This document shows positions 22,115-34,720 of a stretch of 64,000 bases of DNA, piece by piece. Under the pieces are notes generated by a model. The model was not told the DNA's origin and made no database searches. It saw only the letters and a list, made by a program, of their open reading frames with translations. The position numbers and the translations under genes are program-made. The DNA comes from Neoechinorhynchus agilis. Its lineage: Eukaryota > Animalia > Acanthocephala. Positions within the stretch are counted from its first letter, which is position 1, and each line of letters begins with the position of its first letter. Where the stretch lies: NCBI GenBank assembly GCA_051530055.1, contig CM121341.1:5248784-5312783 (forward strand). Direction: 5' to 3'.

Positions 22115-25100
22115 CTAGATTTTATTCAAAACAACCGACCTGAGTTCGCTATTAGAGAAAGTCGCTCTGATCATATTCCTTAGTTCATTTGTGCTTAAAG
22201 TTCGGGTTCCTTCATTATTTCTCAGAATTCCATGAGCATTCGTAGTCAACTCATCATCGATATCTTTAAGACATGATTCCAATATGAATTGAATCGCGTT
22301 TAGTTTTTCAGTTAAATATACTGGATACCCTTCTAGAGCTAATTGAAGCCTATTGATTAGTTTCGTCAGTCTTGTTGTCTGATCCATTGTAATATCAACT
22401 GCGTTTACAATCGAACAAATAATTCGATTAGTTACGTTGACATAGAGATCATCTAAGAAGATTTCGGTTAGAAAAATAGACAAAATCCGGTTATACTTAC
22501 TAATGGATTCGTGAGCGGTGAGTGGATCGTATAGTGTATCCATATACGTTTTCGAGACGCGATCGATTAATGTTAGGCAAGAATGACTCGTCGTTCTTAG
22601 TTCGTTAATGTTCTCAATTTCATCAAACATTTCTTCAATTGATTGCCGGACACCAAATAAGTTCTTTCCAATCACGTCTTTTTCTAACTGTTTCAATGAA
22701 CTTTGGTCAATGCGAGTCAACTTTTCTTGGCAAATAGTTATCCCATTACAAAACGCACCTTTAACATTCAACGATTAATCTAAAAAATAACCAAAAAGTG
22801 TAATACTTACATGCAATGTAAGCGTTCAATGACAAATTCAACTCGTTTGTCTGAATAAATCTCTCAAAGAAATTGCAACAAGCATTGATCAACTCATTCA
22901 TATATTTGCCTCCTCCATCAATCTGGCCTTGATCAACAACGGCCGATAAAACACATCCGTCGATCTGTTCCATGCATAAAACGATTCGTTGGGCAAATTC
23001 TATAAAAGTGGATGCTGCTTTCGATGAATCTTTGAAATACACACCCACTTCTAGACGGCCTCAGCTGGAACGTCCACTTTTCGTGACAGAACCTCTACAC
23101 TCTCAAAATCCTTTATCTTTGTTGAACTAATGGTTTTCGAGAATTCGACGAATTTTGAGAGTTCACACGATAAACGGATATTCCACACGTCCTTAAGAGC
23201 TTCAATTTCTTCATAACTGCACAAAACACTTCCATAATCCGTGGCCGAAATCTCTTGTAGTAAGGCAGCAATGTGATTAAGATCGATCTGGATTAAAGAA
23301 AGGAATTAGTGCCAAGCATTAATACTATCCGAGTTTAAAACAAAAATAATTCCTGTCTTTTTTATGAGGAAACTGTTTCTGAATCATAAAAAACCTTGTA
23401 AAAAAGGAATACAAAAAAATTTGATATTTCAATTACTTAAGCCAATAATAAAAACTTACAAGCAATTCTGAAAAAGTCCCAATATTAAATTATTTTCTTC
23501 ACGTTGCCTTCACCAAGAAAACAATTTATGAATAACATCGTAACAATCAACAGCGATAGAAACATTTATAGGGTAATTTAAGATCGGGCAGGCACGGATT
23601 AGCCTGTAAACGCTCAAGTGGCCGTTTTGCTAGACACGCCGAAATAAACGCATTGCTGAGCCGCGCTTTGAAAACGGCTAACTCTCCGAATATCCTCGAG
23701 CCTAGCAACATCTGCAGGATCGATAACCGTAGGCCGGATGGAGTTACCGTTTTTCCTTGGAGCAGGGGGAGATGTCTAATATGGGACGCAACATGCGTCG
23801 ACTCCCTTGCAGCCAGCAATCTGCGAGATGCATCCTCCGGGGCTGGGGGAGCCGCATCAGCAGCTGAGCTTCGTAAGGTTGCAAAATACGCCGATTTTAC
23901 GAATTCTTATCATTTTGTCCCCTTCGCAGTGGAAACCTTAGGAGCTTTCGGACGTGCGGCGAGGAGTTTTGTTCTCGAACTGGGGCATCGCCTGATCAAC
24001 TCGACCAATGACAGGAGGGCTCGCTCGTTCCTAGTACAGAACTCCTTGGCTATCCAGCGAGGAAACGCAGCGAGCGCTTGGGGACGGTGAAGTACGATTG
24101 AGAATAATATCAGTTAATAAATTTTCTTTTATTAAAAAAAAGAGTTCTAAATGTCGATAGGAGAAAATAAATGAAATTAAGAATTTATTGATTTGATATT
24201 TCGATCAACTATCTCAGGTCTTCTTCAGCGATTGTTTGCAAGTTTTTTCACATGTGAAACTTGCAAACAATCGCTGAAGAAGACCCGAGATAGTGGATCG
24301 AAATATCCAATAAATTCTTAATTTCATTTATCTCTCTCCTATCAACAAATAACAAATGTAAATTAAAGCAACACAATTTCTCATCTTGAGAGTATCCAAA
24401 AGAGTTTCTGAATTACCCATCAAAGGCCAGATCATATCGACCTTTTTTTATTGTGACTGCTGCGAAGATCATGAGATTTACTAATCTCATTTTCGACTGT
24501 ATGCCGTGTTAACCCGTCGACAATAATGTCTCGAAGTTTATCTTCATGCCGACCAACTTCTGCATTTTTGAAGACGGTATTGGCGCAGAATTGATCGATT
24601 GTTTCAAAACAAATTCCAGGACTCTTATTTAAGATTTCATTAATTTTTTCTTTGATTGCATTGATAGAATCATTGATAGAATCTTCATCGCCCATATACT
24701 CAGATTTCACGCGTGTCAGCACTCGGCTCAAAATATCGATAAATTCATTAAAAGAACTAATACTCCCGTGGATGATAAAGATGTCTGTGATGGCGGATAG
24801 AAGCTCTACAGCTTGCCCGTCGACTTCAATTATCACAGCCTCGGCATTTGAGTCCAGCAGGAACCTAATGCTTTCAAATCCAGTCTGTAAATCACACTTT
24901 GAATCGTCCAAAGATGTAAAGCAATCAATCGCACTTTTTAGATTATCGGCTTCTGACGTTAACATCTCGCATTTCTTCATCTTTTCCATTCGAATTCGTA
25001 ACAATGCGGTCAATTCGTCGATCTGAAGTGTCAGACACACCGCATCTTTAACGATTGGTTTAATGTTCAAACGGAACTCCGATATCTTCTTTAAATCATC

Positions 25101-25318
25101 TTTAAGATTTATTGTCTCAGCTGCCTTCTCCACGATTTGCGCATGAATTTTTTCGATGTCATTATTAGCTATCGAGATTATCGCGTCCGCTGATATCTTG
25201 GTCAAATGATCTAAATATATTGATTCAAAAGAAAATTTCGGTCAAAGCGAATACCTTCACCACGCACATCGAGTTCAGGAAGCACTTTTAATTTGAAATA
25301 TTCGTAAATGTTTGACAT
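22115..25318 (-). CDS. ZW10: ZW10 (RZZ/NRZ complex subunit), five exons
   Basis: C-terminus ELRNMIRATFSNSELRSVVLNKI resembles ZW10; canonical introns near 25210-25254 and 22761-22810; two hairpin-ended introns (23048-23076, 23288-24452). Confidence 0.78.
23555..24120 (+). mobile_element. 5'-truncated CRE-like RLE fragment in a ZW10 intron (antisense to the gene)
   Basis: RRPDGVTVFPWSRGRCLIWDATC...FVPFAVETLG...IQRGNA. Confidence 0.85.
24169..24330. mobile_element. Foldback element with two divergent hammerhead motifs
   Basis: Near-perfect inverted repeat centred on tcacatgtga; CTGAAGAAGACC...GATCGAAATATC on each strand. Confidence 0.8.
24268..24312 (+). ncRNA. Minimal type-I hammerhead ribozyme motif (Penelope-like)
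   Basis: CUGAAGA-A-GACC..GG(A)UC-GAAA-UA-UC; palindromic AUAU helix III; weak helix I. Confidence 0.5.
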
Positions 25319-25599
25319 CTTAATGTTTTTGTTAAACTTTAGGATAAATAAAAGACGTTTATTTCTTAATTAACAAAGAATAGAACCCATGTACCTTTTG
25401 GTCCTTACAACAACACTCGAGTTCAGATTTGTTCAAAGAATGCGGATGTAGGACTGAAATGCGGTAAACAAAAACTTCGAGCGTGAATGAGTCGCGTCAC
25501 AAGACGGAAGAATGCGGAAATAACTTTTAATTTTTGAACTTTTGTAGAACATAATAAAGTACAAAACGTGCAATCACCATCGGCCGCGGTTCTGGGAAA

Positions 25600-26770
25600 A
25601 GCTGCAAAAGTAAACAACCGAATCATTGCAAAATTGTTAGCGGTAAACAACCGAATCATTGCAAAATTGTTAGCAGTAAACAACCGAATCATTGCAAAAT
25701 TGTTAGCAGTAAACAACCGAATCATTGCAAAATTGTTAGCTGAATATTTTTTAATACTTTAATCTTCAGGGGAAAAGCTGCAAAAATAAACATCCGAATC
25801 ATTGTAAAACTGTTTAAATATTTTTTAGTACTTTAGCCTTCAGGGGAAAAGCTGCAAAAGTAAACAACCGAATCATTGCAAAATTGTTAGCTGAATATTT
25901 TTTAATACTTTAATCTTCAGGGGAAAAGCTGCAAAAATAAACATCCGAATCATTGTAAAACTGTTTAAATATTTTTTAGTACTTTAGCCTTCAGGGGAAA
26001 AGCTGCAAAAGTAAACAACCGAATCATTGCAAATTTGTTAGCTGAATATTTTTTAATACTTTAATCTTCAGGGGAAAAGCTGCAAAAATAAACATCCGAA
26101 TCATTGTAAAACTGTTTAAATATTTTTTAGTACTTTAGCCTTCAGGGGAAAAGCTGCAAAAGTAAACAACCGAATCATTGCAAATTTGTTAGCTGCAAAA
26201 GTAAACAACCGAATCATTGCAAATTTGTTTAAATATTTTTTAATACTAGCCTTCAAGGAAAAAGCTGCAAAAGTAAACAACCGAATCATTGCAAAATTGT
26301 TAGCTGAATATTTTTTAATACGTATGGAGCGCTCGGCAGCTCGGCACTCTCTCTGCTCCAGGATCTCTCGAAGAAATTGAAAGAGGCAACCGGAGACCCA
26401 AAAGCAGGCGTATTCCTTCGACAAAATATCTCGCTTGCAGTACAACGAGGCAATGCTGCCAGCGTGATGGCGACAGTCGAGGAAGGACAAAATCTGGAAT
26501 TCGGCGGGAGGTGGTGAGTGTGTTAATTGTCGAGAAATGAAGATTGATTGGTTGTCGAAATGCTCCGGAAATATCTCAATAGAAATCACGTTCTTATACT
26601 TTAATCTTCAGGGGAAAAGCTGCAAAAGAAACAACCAATCATTGCAAATTTGTTAGCTGCAAAAGTAAACAACCGAATCATTGCAAATTTGTTAGCTGAA
26701 TATTTTTTAATACTTTAGCCTTCAAGGAAAAAGCTGCAAAAGTAAACAACCGAATCATTGCAAAATTGTG
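25600..26770. repeat. Satellite with a 33-bp core (aaacaaccgaatcattgcaaaattgttagc..) and ~150-bp higher-order units, interrupted by a CRE 3' fragment at 26323-26560
   Basis: Direct inspection. Confidence 0.9.
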
Positions 26771-27234
26771 GACACTTGGTTTCTTTTTTCTTGAATAGAA
26801 AATAATCATGGGTGCGAAATGGTCGATGCAGAAAAACCGTTGACAACGAATTTTGCGACTGCTCACAATTTACTCTGTACCAAAAAGTACGCAAATGTTC
26901 AAAGATTTAACTATTTTGATGCTTGTTTATTGCGTAAAAATTAAAATAATTTATTAGATCCTATTGTTTTCGGCGGCAAAATCTTGTACGCCTTGATCAA
27001 AAGGGTTGTTAAAGTATTGAGAAATAATAATGTAGCTTTTTCGCCGATTGTTTTCGCTAACGAAATTTCACTGCGAAAAAAGCTGCATAACTTTATTATT
27101 TCTCAACACTTTGACAACCTTTTTGATCAACGAGTACAAGATTGTGCTTCCGAAAAAAAAATTTTGACCGGTAAACAGCCTTTTATTTTTAATTTTTCTA
27201 GGTAGTAATAAGGTCTATTAAAGAAACAAACTGA

Positions 27235-28450
27235 CAATCTGATGCAATCACCACCGTCCGCAAAATCTTAGCTTTTCTCCTTGCTCGGCTGTCGCTATCA
27301 CGCAAGTAGCATTGCCCCGTTGTACTGCGAGATATTTTGTCGCAGGAATACATTTGCTCGAGCATTGCCGGTCGTTTCTCTCAATTTCTTCGAGAGATCC
27401 TGGAGCAGAGTGCCGAGCTGCCAAGCGCTCCATGCGTCTCTACTCCGAAGGGGACAAAATAATGGGCCCTCGCTAAATCTCTATGTTTTCGTACCTTCCT
27501 CTGGCGTCCCAGAGAAGGCATCTGCCCTCTCGCCACGGAAAGACCGAAATTCCGTCAGGTCGACGAGTGTCTAGTCGACAAAGATGGGCGGCTTCCAAGA
27601 TGTTGCGGAAGTTCGCCGTTCTCAACGCCCGAAGAATTGATCTCAGAATGGCGTGAGAACCTTCCTCCTGACTTTCGGCCAACGAGACCGTGTCGACCGA
27701 AAGCATCAACCAAAGACCCACATCGACAGCGATAAGTCCTAAGGACACTGCGATCCTCGTTACCTCATCAGTGAGAAGAGTTCCCACAGATGCCAGAGGA
27801 ACAGCCTCCAACCTCGCCCCCGATTCTCGTGTCGAAACTGCCAACAATATAGCTCGGACAACCCCATCGCGGAAACCTGAAAGTAGAGAGCTGTGAACTC
27901 TTGCGACGAGAGTTCTGTCCCAGATCGACTGTCTGAGGCCATTCACGTTAACTTCGATTCTCAGTACAACATTGACACCGTCATCGTTTATCTTTGACTG
28001 TGTCACAAAAATGAGTTTGTATGACTTTCCAACGACAAAGCAACTCCCCTTTTCTCTCGAGTTACAAAGCAAAACAATCCGCTGGCACCATTGTTCAACT
28101 GCCACCACAAAGTCTTGGTCAAGACAAAACTTTCCCCTCAGTTTTTTTTCGGATCTAATGAATTCTTTTAAATTTTTGCTCAATAAACAAAGTACGCGGT
28201 TGTTTTGCTTTGTAACTCGAGAGAAAAAGGGAGTTGCTCTGTCGTTGGAAAGTCATACAAACTCATTTTTGTGGCACAGTCAAAGATAAACGATGACGGT
28301 ACCAATGTTGTACTGAGAATCGAAGAGATACGCTCAATTTTGGTGATTAACCGGACCGCAGCAGGACGTCTGATTAATCGCCGGATTTGGCTACACGGTT
28401 TTTGGCATGAAGCCACACCGATCTCTTACATCAGAGTAATTGATTGAATC
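27235..28450 (-). mobile_element. CRE-like retrotransposon fragment (inverted relative of 13560-14330, with internal duplication)
   Basis: Near-identical RLE ORF (RRPDGISVFPWREGRCLLWDA) on the minus strand. Confidence 0.85.
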
Positions 28451-28619
28451 ACCTAGACTCTCAGAGATGCACACCCTAACGAGTTCGTTAATCCCTCCGG
28501 ATTCTCTGATGTCCGTTAAAATTTGGTTCAAATAAGCGGCTGATTAGACGAACCGAAGGACAAACCCCTCATTTCTCTTTTGAAATACTTGGGTGCCACA
28601 CCATTTACTAGACGGTTTT

Positions 28620-28775
28620 GGTCAAGGCGAAGTAATTTAATTAATAATTATTCCTCTAAGTAGGACTTTTTCAGGATCATTTGCTGAGTAAAATTACAAG
28701 TAAACCTAAAAAGCGAAGAAGTTCCAGGCGTAGAGGATGAAATATTAATTAAATTACTTCACTTCGCCTTGTCCA
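28620..28775. mobile_element. Foldback element with decayed hammerhead-like arms
   Basis: caaggcgaagtaatttaattaat / attaattaaattactt..cgccttg inverted repeat; ctgaaaaagtcctac.. resembles the 29828 motif. Confidence 0.55.
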
Positions 28776-28889
28776 AAGCAATCTATGGACGTTCAACTCG
28801 TTATATCGTTAGATAGGAAGGTCAAAACAAAAGCTTAGATTGGTCTATTTAAGTTTTTACTGGCAAGTCGGTATTGTTTTATCATCATT

Positions 28890-29501
28890 AAATTTTAGTC
28901 TATCCCTTCTTGTCCGGCTTATTTTTTAGGCATAAAGCCAAACCAATTACATCAGAGAAGTGACATAACCACATAGTCTCTCTAATACACACGGTAGAGT
29001 TTGTACATTCGTCCGGATCCTCAGATACCTCCCGAGGAGGCGGGACTCATCAGTGAGTTTCCTGTCTTCAGCGGTATTTCGTCCCCTTTGGCTGTGCGTC
29101 ATTGGTGGTAACGGATTCGAACCACTTGACCCCTAATCGGGATCACAAAACAATACCGGCTTGCCAGTAAAAACTTAAATAGAACACAGCGTTCACCCTG
29201 AGTCGAAAAACTGGCAGAGTTTGTACATTCCGTAGTTGTGTCGAGCCCGTGATCCCGATTAGGGGTCAAGTGGTTCGAATCCGTTACCACCAATGACGCA
29301 CAGCCAAAGGGGACGAAATACCGCTGAAGACAGGAAACTCACTGATGAGTCCCGCCTCTTGGAGGTATCTGAGGATGCGGAGGAATGTACAAACTCTTAA
29401 CCGACATTAGAGACTATGTGGTTATGTCACTTCTCTGATGTAATTGGTTTGGCTTTATGCCTAAAAAAATAAGCCGGACAAGAAGGGATAGACTAAAATT
29501 T
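28890..29501. mobile_element. Large foldback element (~250-bp arms, ~110-bp spacer); rearranged relatives at 55590-56450
   Basis: Arms 28890-29138 and 29249-29501 are near-perfect reverse complements. Confidence 0.88.
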
Positions 29502-29705
29502 AACTTAGATTAGTCCTTTTACAACGTTCAGTCCTTGGCAGCAAAGAAATCGTTTACGTTCCCGTCTTTTGTGTTTTTCTCGTCTTCATGGTTTAAGTAC
29601 AACGATAATAAAACTTAGCACAAATCAATTTTCGTATCTAAAAGTAACAACTGTTACTAAAGAATATATTTAGTTTGATTTTTGTAAAGATATTCATCAT
29701 TTACT

Positions 29706-29892
29706 TTTTATAGCGAATTATAATAATTGATTTTATTTGATAATTTTCGGTCTTCGCGTAGGCCTTCTTCAGACTATTGTTTTCGAAGAAACAAAGCTTA
29801 CTCGAATTTTTCTTCGAAAATAATAGACTGAAGAAGACCTACTCGAAGGTCGAAAATTATCAAATCAATTATTTTATAATTCGCCATAAAAA
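29706..29892. mobile_element. Foldback element with two divergent hammerhead motifs
   Basis: Inverted repeat; CTGAAGAAG(A/G)CC-loop-G(G/A)(T/C)CGAAAATTA on both strands. Confidence 0.8.
29820..29875 (+). ncRNA. Minimal type-I hammerhead ribozyme motif
   Basis: CUGAAGA (29828-34), A, helix II GACC/GGUC with an 8-nt loop, GAAA (29852-55), palindromic AAUU helix III, cleavage triplet UUA, helix I ga/uc plus distal aauaau/auuauu. Confidence 0.6.
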
Positions 29893-29911
29893 TGTTTGAT
29901 TTATTTCCTCG

Positions 29912-30027
29912 ATATTTCACCTCTCGGATAATTCCGATATTTCCTGAAGGTTTCTCATTGTTCGTTATAAAAAGACGGTGACAAACCTCGGGGAAATGTC
30001 AGAATTATCCGATAGGTGCAATATCGG
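29912..30027. mobile_element. Small MITE (second copy at 32120-32221, in a NOL9 intron)
   Basis: TIR gatatttcacctctcggataattc / gaattatccga(t/g)aggtg(c/a)aatatc. Confidence 0.75.
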
Positions 30028-30109
30028 GAAAATAAAATCCAAGATATAATATTCTAAACTTAAAACGGTTTGCCGTGCCCTTTTTTTACCACAACTTTTT
30101 AGACCATTT

Positions 30110-32678
30110 TTACAACACTCTGAAACATATACCATCGACAGTGGGCGAATGAACAGCCTGGCAAATTGCTTCGTTCCATGAGAATGGCACATCATCAAAT
30201 TTGCCAAAGCAAAAAGTATTGAATCGAAATTCAGTAAGTTCCTGTTCACTTACCGGAGTTACAATAGTGAGCCAGGCGTGCTTTGCATCTTCTTCATCTT
30301 CAATGACACTTTCTACCAAACCGAGACCCAAAGTGCTGACATTGTCATCAGCGTGGACATAGGCTACTCGGGATCCGCAATTGAGGACTTTCACAGCATC
30401 GTCCTTTGGATATATCCTTTCTGATTTTCCGAAAACCACGACTCCGTGGACGATTTCGTCCAATGTGAACGATGCGTCAACCTCGGTGAAAAACAAGAGA
30501 ACCGATATCGATGTCAGCTCGAATTTTACTCGGCGAAGTTTGTGTTCATGTAGAACAAAGTATGAAGCAAAAGAAAGCATTCGAAGATGTTTGGACATCA
30601 TTTTCCTTTGACGGTTGCTTGCACTTGACGTGAAATATGTCCTTATGGTTAAACAATCGAATTCTACATGACAAGGTTCATCGGCTACACTTAAATCTAG
30701 CATCCGAGATGGAGTCATAGGACAAAATGATTTCGTCTTTGAATCGACGAATAAATGAACAATTAGGCTAGGGCGACAACCGTTCACGACATCCTTCAAG
30801 TATCCAAGACCACTTCGATCCATCCAACCCATGTAATTGATCAATAATGGACAATTGGTTTGGTCTGACGGTCGATTAAGTACATCCTGGAAAGAGTATT
30901 ATTTTTCAAAGAATCCTAAACGCAAATTGTGTGAATTTTCACCAATTTGGTATAAAATAATCATTGGACACGGGGAAATGGCACTCGAGCTCAATAGCAA
31001 GTTGTTTTAAAGAGTACTTAAAGGAAGAAGCACAATTGAATAAGAATCTATTAGTCTCGTATTCGACGATTCGATGAGCGATCGTAACTTCCCCCACCCT
31101 TTAAATACAACTGATTTTGTCCCTATTCGACCGATATCTCGTCAAGTTTATCGGAAAGTAATTTTGCGGATCTTCGGTACATGGCTGGTTGAATGGAAGG
31201 AGTAGATCCTCCAATAAAAAACGACAACATTGGACTGCTTAGATGTGTCCAGGGAGCTCCGAACACGGGTTGAACAATTTTGAACAACGAAATAAACCCA
31301 TGTGGTGTAAACTCAGACTGCCCACAATCGCAATCGATAAAGAATACATAGGGATAAACGTTCAGTAATCGATTGACTAGATATCGGACGCAATTGGACT
31401 TTCCCACATCTTTCTCGCCACAAATAAGAAGACGTGGACGTAGTCGATAATTTGGTATTGATGGATCTGCGATTAACTTTAATCGGTTAGACAATTCGAC
31501 TTTCTCCAGTAACAACGCAAGTCCATCATAATCTTTAGGAACTTGACTATATTCTAAACATGTAGCGATATCGACCGTGTAGCCATCCACTCGTGTACTC
31601 GTCTCCAATGCTTTTATCGACGCTTTAATATCACTAACTGCATCTCCAAGATACTTTTCAGCTAAGGGACCAAACCGCTTAAAGCGGAGTCTAATAACAC
31701 TTTTATTTAAGTCTTTATCTTTAATGCTTGAAAGTGGGCATCGTATTAATGTGCCAAGGGTGAATCTACACTCCGGCAAATTATGCATTAGACACGGATC
31801 CTTTAGAGATAGATAATGATTACCGAAAAGCATTACACTTCCTGTTAGAACCTCAAGCTCATAAATTCCAGCAGGGCAGACGGCGTCACCTTCACGAAGG
31901 TGTAAAGTTAAAATCTCTTGAAGTTCATCGTATTCGCCTTCAAACCCACGAATGTATTGTTTATCGGTGGTACTTTAGACTCGGAAAAAATGGCTTTGAT
32001 CTTGTTGAAGTCCCGAGTCAATTATTTGAGCATTTTGTTCTTAAAGAGATTAAGGACGCAACTCTTTTTGTTTAATAAAACAAATTTCTCTGTTAACCTC
32101 CAAATGATTTAAATTCACTGATATTTCACGTCTCGGATAATTCCGACATTCCCCCACGATTTGCCATTGTTAGTTATTAAAAGACGGGAAAATGTCAGAA
32201 TTATCCGAGAGGTGAAATATCGAAGAAAAAAATCGGTGAAGGTGCAGGGGATCATCAGTTTGTTGTTCGCAGAACGTCTTTTTAATCGAAATAATCATTT
32301 ACCGCGGGCGTAGACTTCTAACCATAATAATTCCAAATCATCGAATTTTTGAATTTGATTAATAACAAAACTAAGAAAAAGAAGATAGATTTCTTCAGAA
32401 ATTCACTATAAATAATAATTGGTTGCAAACTGGGATATTTAAGGTACCACCTTGATATCAAACGGAACAATTTCGTGCTGACTTATCCGAAGGTATAACA
32501 GATTAATTTTAAGCTGATAATTCGACGGATCATCGTCATGCTCGTCAGTCTCGTGTCTTTTCGTATTCGGTTCAGGCGAAGAATCGTAACCGCTTCGCTC
32601 CGCTGACGGCTCTCTGCTTCGAGATTTCCTGCCAGGAAGCAACCTTCGCTTACGCTCCAACCCTTGATCGTCCACCAT
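30110..32678 (-). CDS. NOL9: NOL9/Grc3 polynucleotide 5'-kinase, multi-exon; 5' exons uncertain
   Basis: LLICGEKDVGKS P-loop; FIDCDCGQSEFTPHG; PLLINYMGW; LGLGLV. Confidence 0.85.
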
Positions 32679-32959
32679 CTTAAATTGTGAAAAGAAAATC
32701 CATACACCGAGAGAAAATCCATCGGAAGAGTCATAGAGGCGGTTGGGAAATGATCCCGTATAAAACAACGACCAATGAGGCTTCTTCTTTCGAAATGCCG
32801 TACGATCCATTGGATTTCAAAATTTTAGTATTTGAAATCCGGCGAAAATATAACTAAGGAGAACTCAGTAGTTCAAAATGTCGATTATGCAGACAAATCG
32901 AACAATGCTTCTCCACTATAAAGTAAACAGAATTCACAAAATAATCACCGAGGGAAAAC

Positions 32960-33600
32960 TTAGGGATGATTCGATTTTGAGATGATCTTGGGTAAAAAAT
33001 AGACGACTGAAGAGACTATCTTTCGAAATATTTCTAGAAAATATCCGTTTTATCCGGACAAGAGAAAATCGGGATGATTCGATTTTGAGATGATCTCGGA
33101 TAAAATAAACGACTTAAGAGACTTTTTCTTTCGAAATATTTCTAGAAAATATCCGTTTTATCCGGCCAAAAGAAAATCCTTCGGGATGATTCAATTTTGA
33201 GATGATCTCGGATAAAATAAACGACTGAAGAGACTTTATCTTTCGAAATATCCCAAAAAATATCCGTTTTATCCGGCCAAAAGAAAATCCTTTGGGATGA
33301 TTCAATTTTGAGATGATCTCGGATAAAATAAACGACTGAAGAGACTTTATCTTTCGAAATATTTCTAGAAAATATCCGTTTTATCCAACCAGAAGAAAAT
33401 CCTTCGGGATGATTCAATTTTGAGATGATCTTGGGTAAAATAGACGACTGAAGAGACTTTATCTTTCGAAATTTTCTAGAAAATATCCGTTTTATCCGGA
33501 CAAGAAAAAATCCTCCGGGGTGATTCGATTTTCAGATGATCTCCGATAAAACGGCTGATGAGACTTTATCTTTCTAGAAAATATCCGTTTTTTTCCGGCT
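32960..33600. repeat. Satellite, ~111-bp units carrying a decayed hammerhead motif
   Basis: cgaCTGAAGAgactttatctttcGAAATAT in most units; same family as 39065-39925. Confidence 0.9.
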
Positions 33601-34502
33601 AAGGATTATTTGGTCACCACATCTCCTAAATCCATTTAATTGCGTTAAAAAATTATCCACAAACATCCTAAAATGTGCAAATGAGTTCAAAAAACACCCC
33701 GATGCCTGTAAAATATTCTAACCATTAAAACCGTTGGTCCTGTGGTTAAAGGAAATGAATTATTTTTTTAAACCGCGCAGCAAATGAGAAAGAGTTTTAA
33801 TAAAACGTTTGCGGCAAACAGTTAAAATTTCGAGATTTTAAGTTTACCGAATATTTTTTCGACCAGGGGGATTCGAAGGTTCGTTCAGTGATTTGAAACG
33901 TATGATAAAGCAAACTTAAATGTTGAACGTTTTTTTCAAAAAGTTGGCGAGTAAACCTGATTGATCTGAGTGACTTAGCTGAGATCTTTTTTTTGCTATA
34001 ATGGTTGGTATTTTTATTTTGTTGTTTACATTCTTGAACAAACAACATCAAGACAACTGGCTGAAGAAAAACATTCACTGAAAGCGACTTAGATTTTCCC
34101 GGCACGAATGTGATGTTTACCACTTCGCTTTTTTAATTTTATCGAAATCCAAATCACCGATTTAATCACAGTGTAACACCGTCGATTTTTTTCGGGTAGA
34201 GTTTTCTAACCGCAAAATGCTTAATAGCGATTTCGCTTGTGGTCAAAATGTGATGATGAACTAATCAACAAAGACGAGGACTACAACAATCAAATTCTCA
34301 AGCGTTTTTTTCATTAGACAATCAGATTCTAGAAGAGAATCCGAGACGTTTGAGTCGCAAAAAAACACGAATGTGTCCAATAGGATTCGGTTTTCCCTTT
34401 ATGTTTAAATTTCACCACGACTTCTAAATGTTCATAATTCGCGATTTATTCGCCATTACGATGTGAATTGATTTATATTGTAAAGAAATTATTCATTAGT
34501 CT

Positions 34503-34720
34503 CAGTTTCAATTAGCGATGTTTGATTAAGAAGTAGATTTATATTGAAAATTTTCGGCCTTTTCATTGGCCTTCTTAAATATCATGCGACCATTGTCAGA
34601 CATGAACGTCTGCCGTGTTTTTACCGCCAATTCAAATAGAAAACTTTTTAAGAAATTTTACCTTCGAAAATTTTCAAGATAAATCTATTTCTGAATCAAA
34701 CATCGCTAATTGAAACTGAT
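34503..34720. mobile_element. MITE/foldback
   Basis: tcagtttcaattagcgatgtttgatt / aatcaaacatcgctaattgaaactga inverted ends. Confidence 0.75.

Noticed and set aside
29262-29292. tRNA gene suggested by GGTTCGAATCC..ACCA
   Set aside because: No cloverleaf or acceptor stem; lies in a foldback arm
32119-32302. The 32120-32221 hairpin as a structure-defined NOL9 intron
   Set aside because: It is a MITE with a copy at 29912, and a canonical gtaaat..atcag intron containing it preserves the frame
31955-32480. Further small hairpins in the NOL9 5' region (gactcgg/ccgagtc, aagag/ctctt, gatat/atatc) as introns
   Set aside because: Weak GT-AG alternatives fit equally well and there is no homology to arbitrate; not counted as evidence
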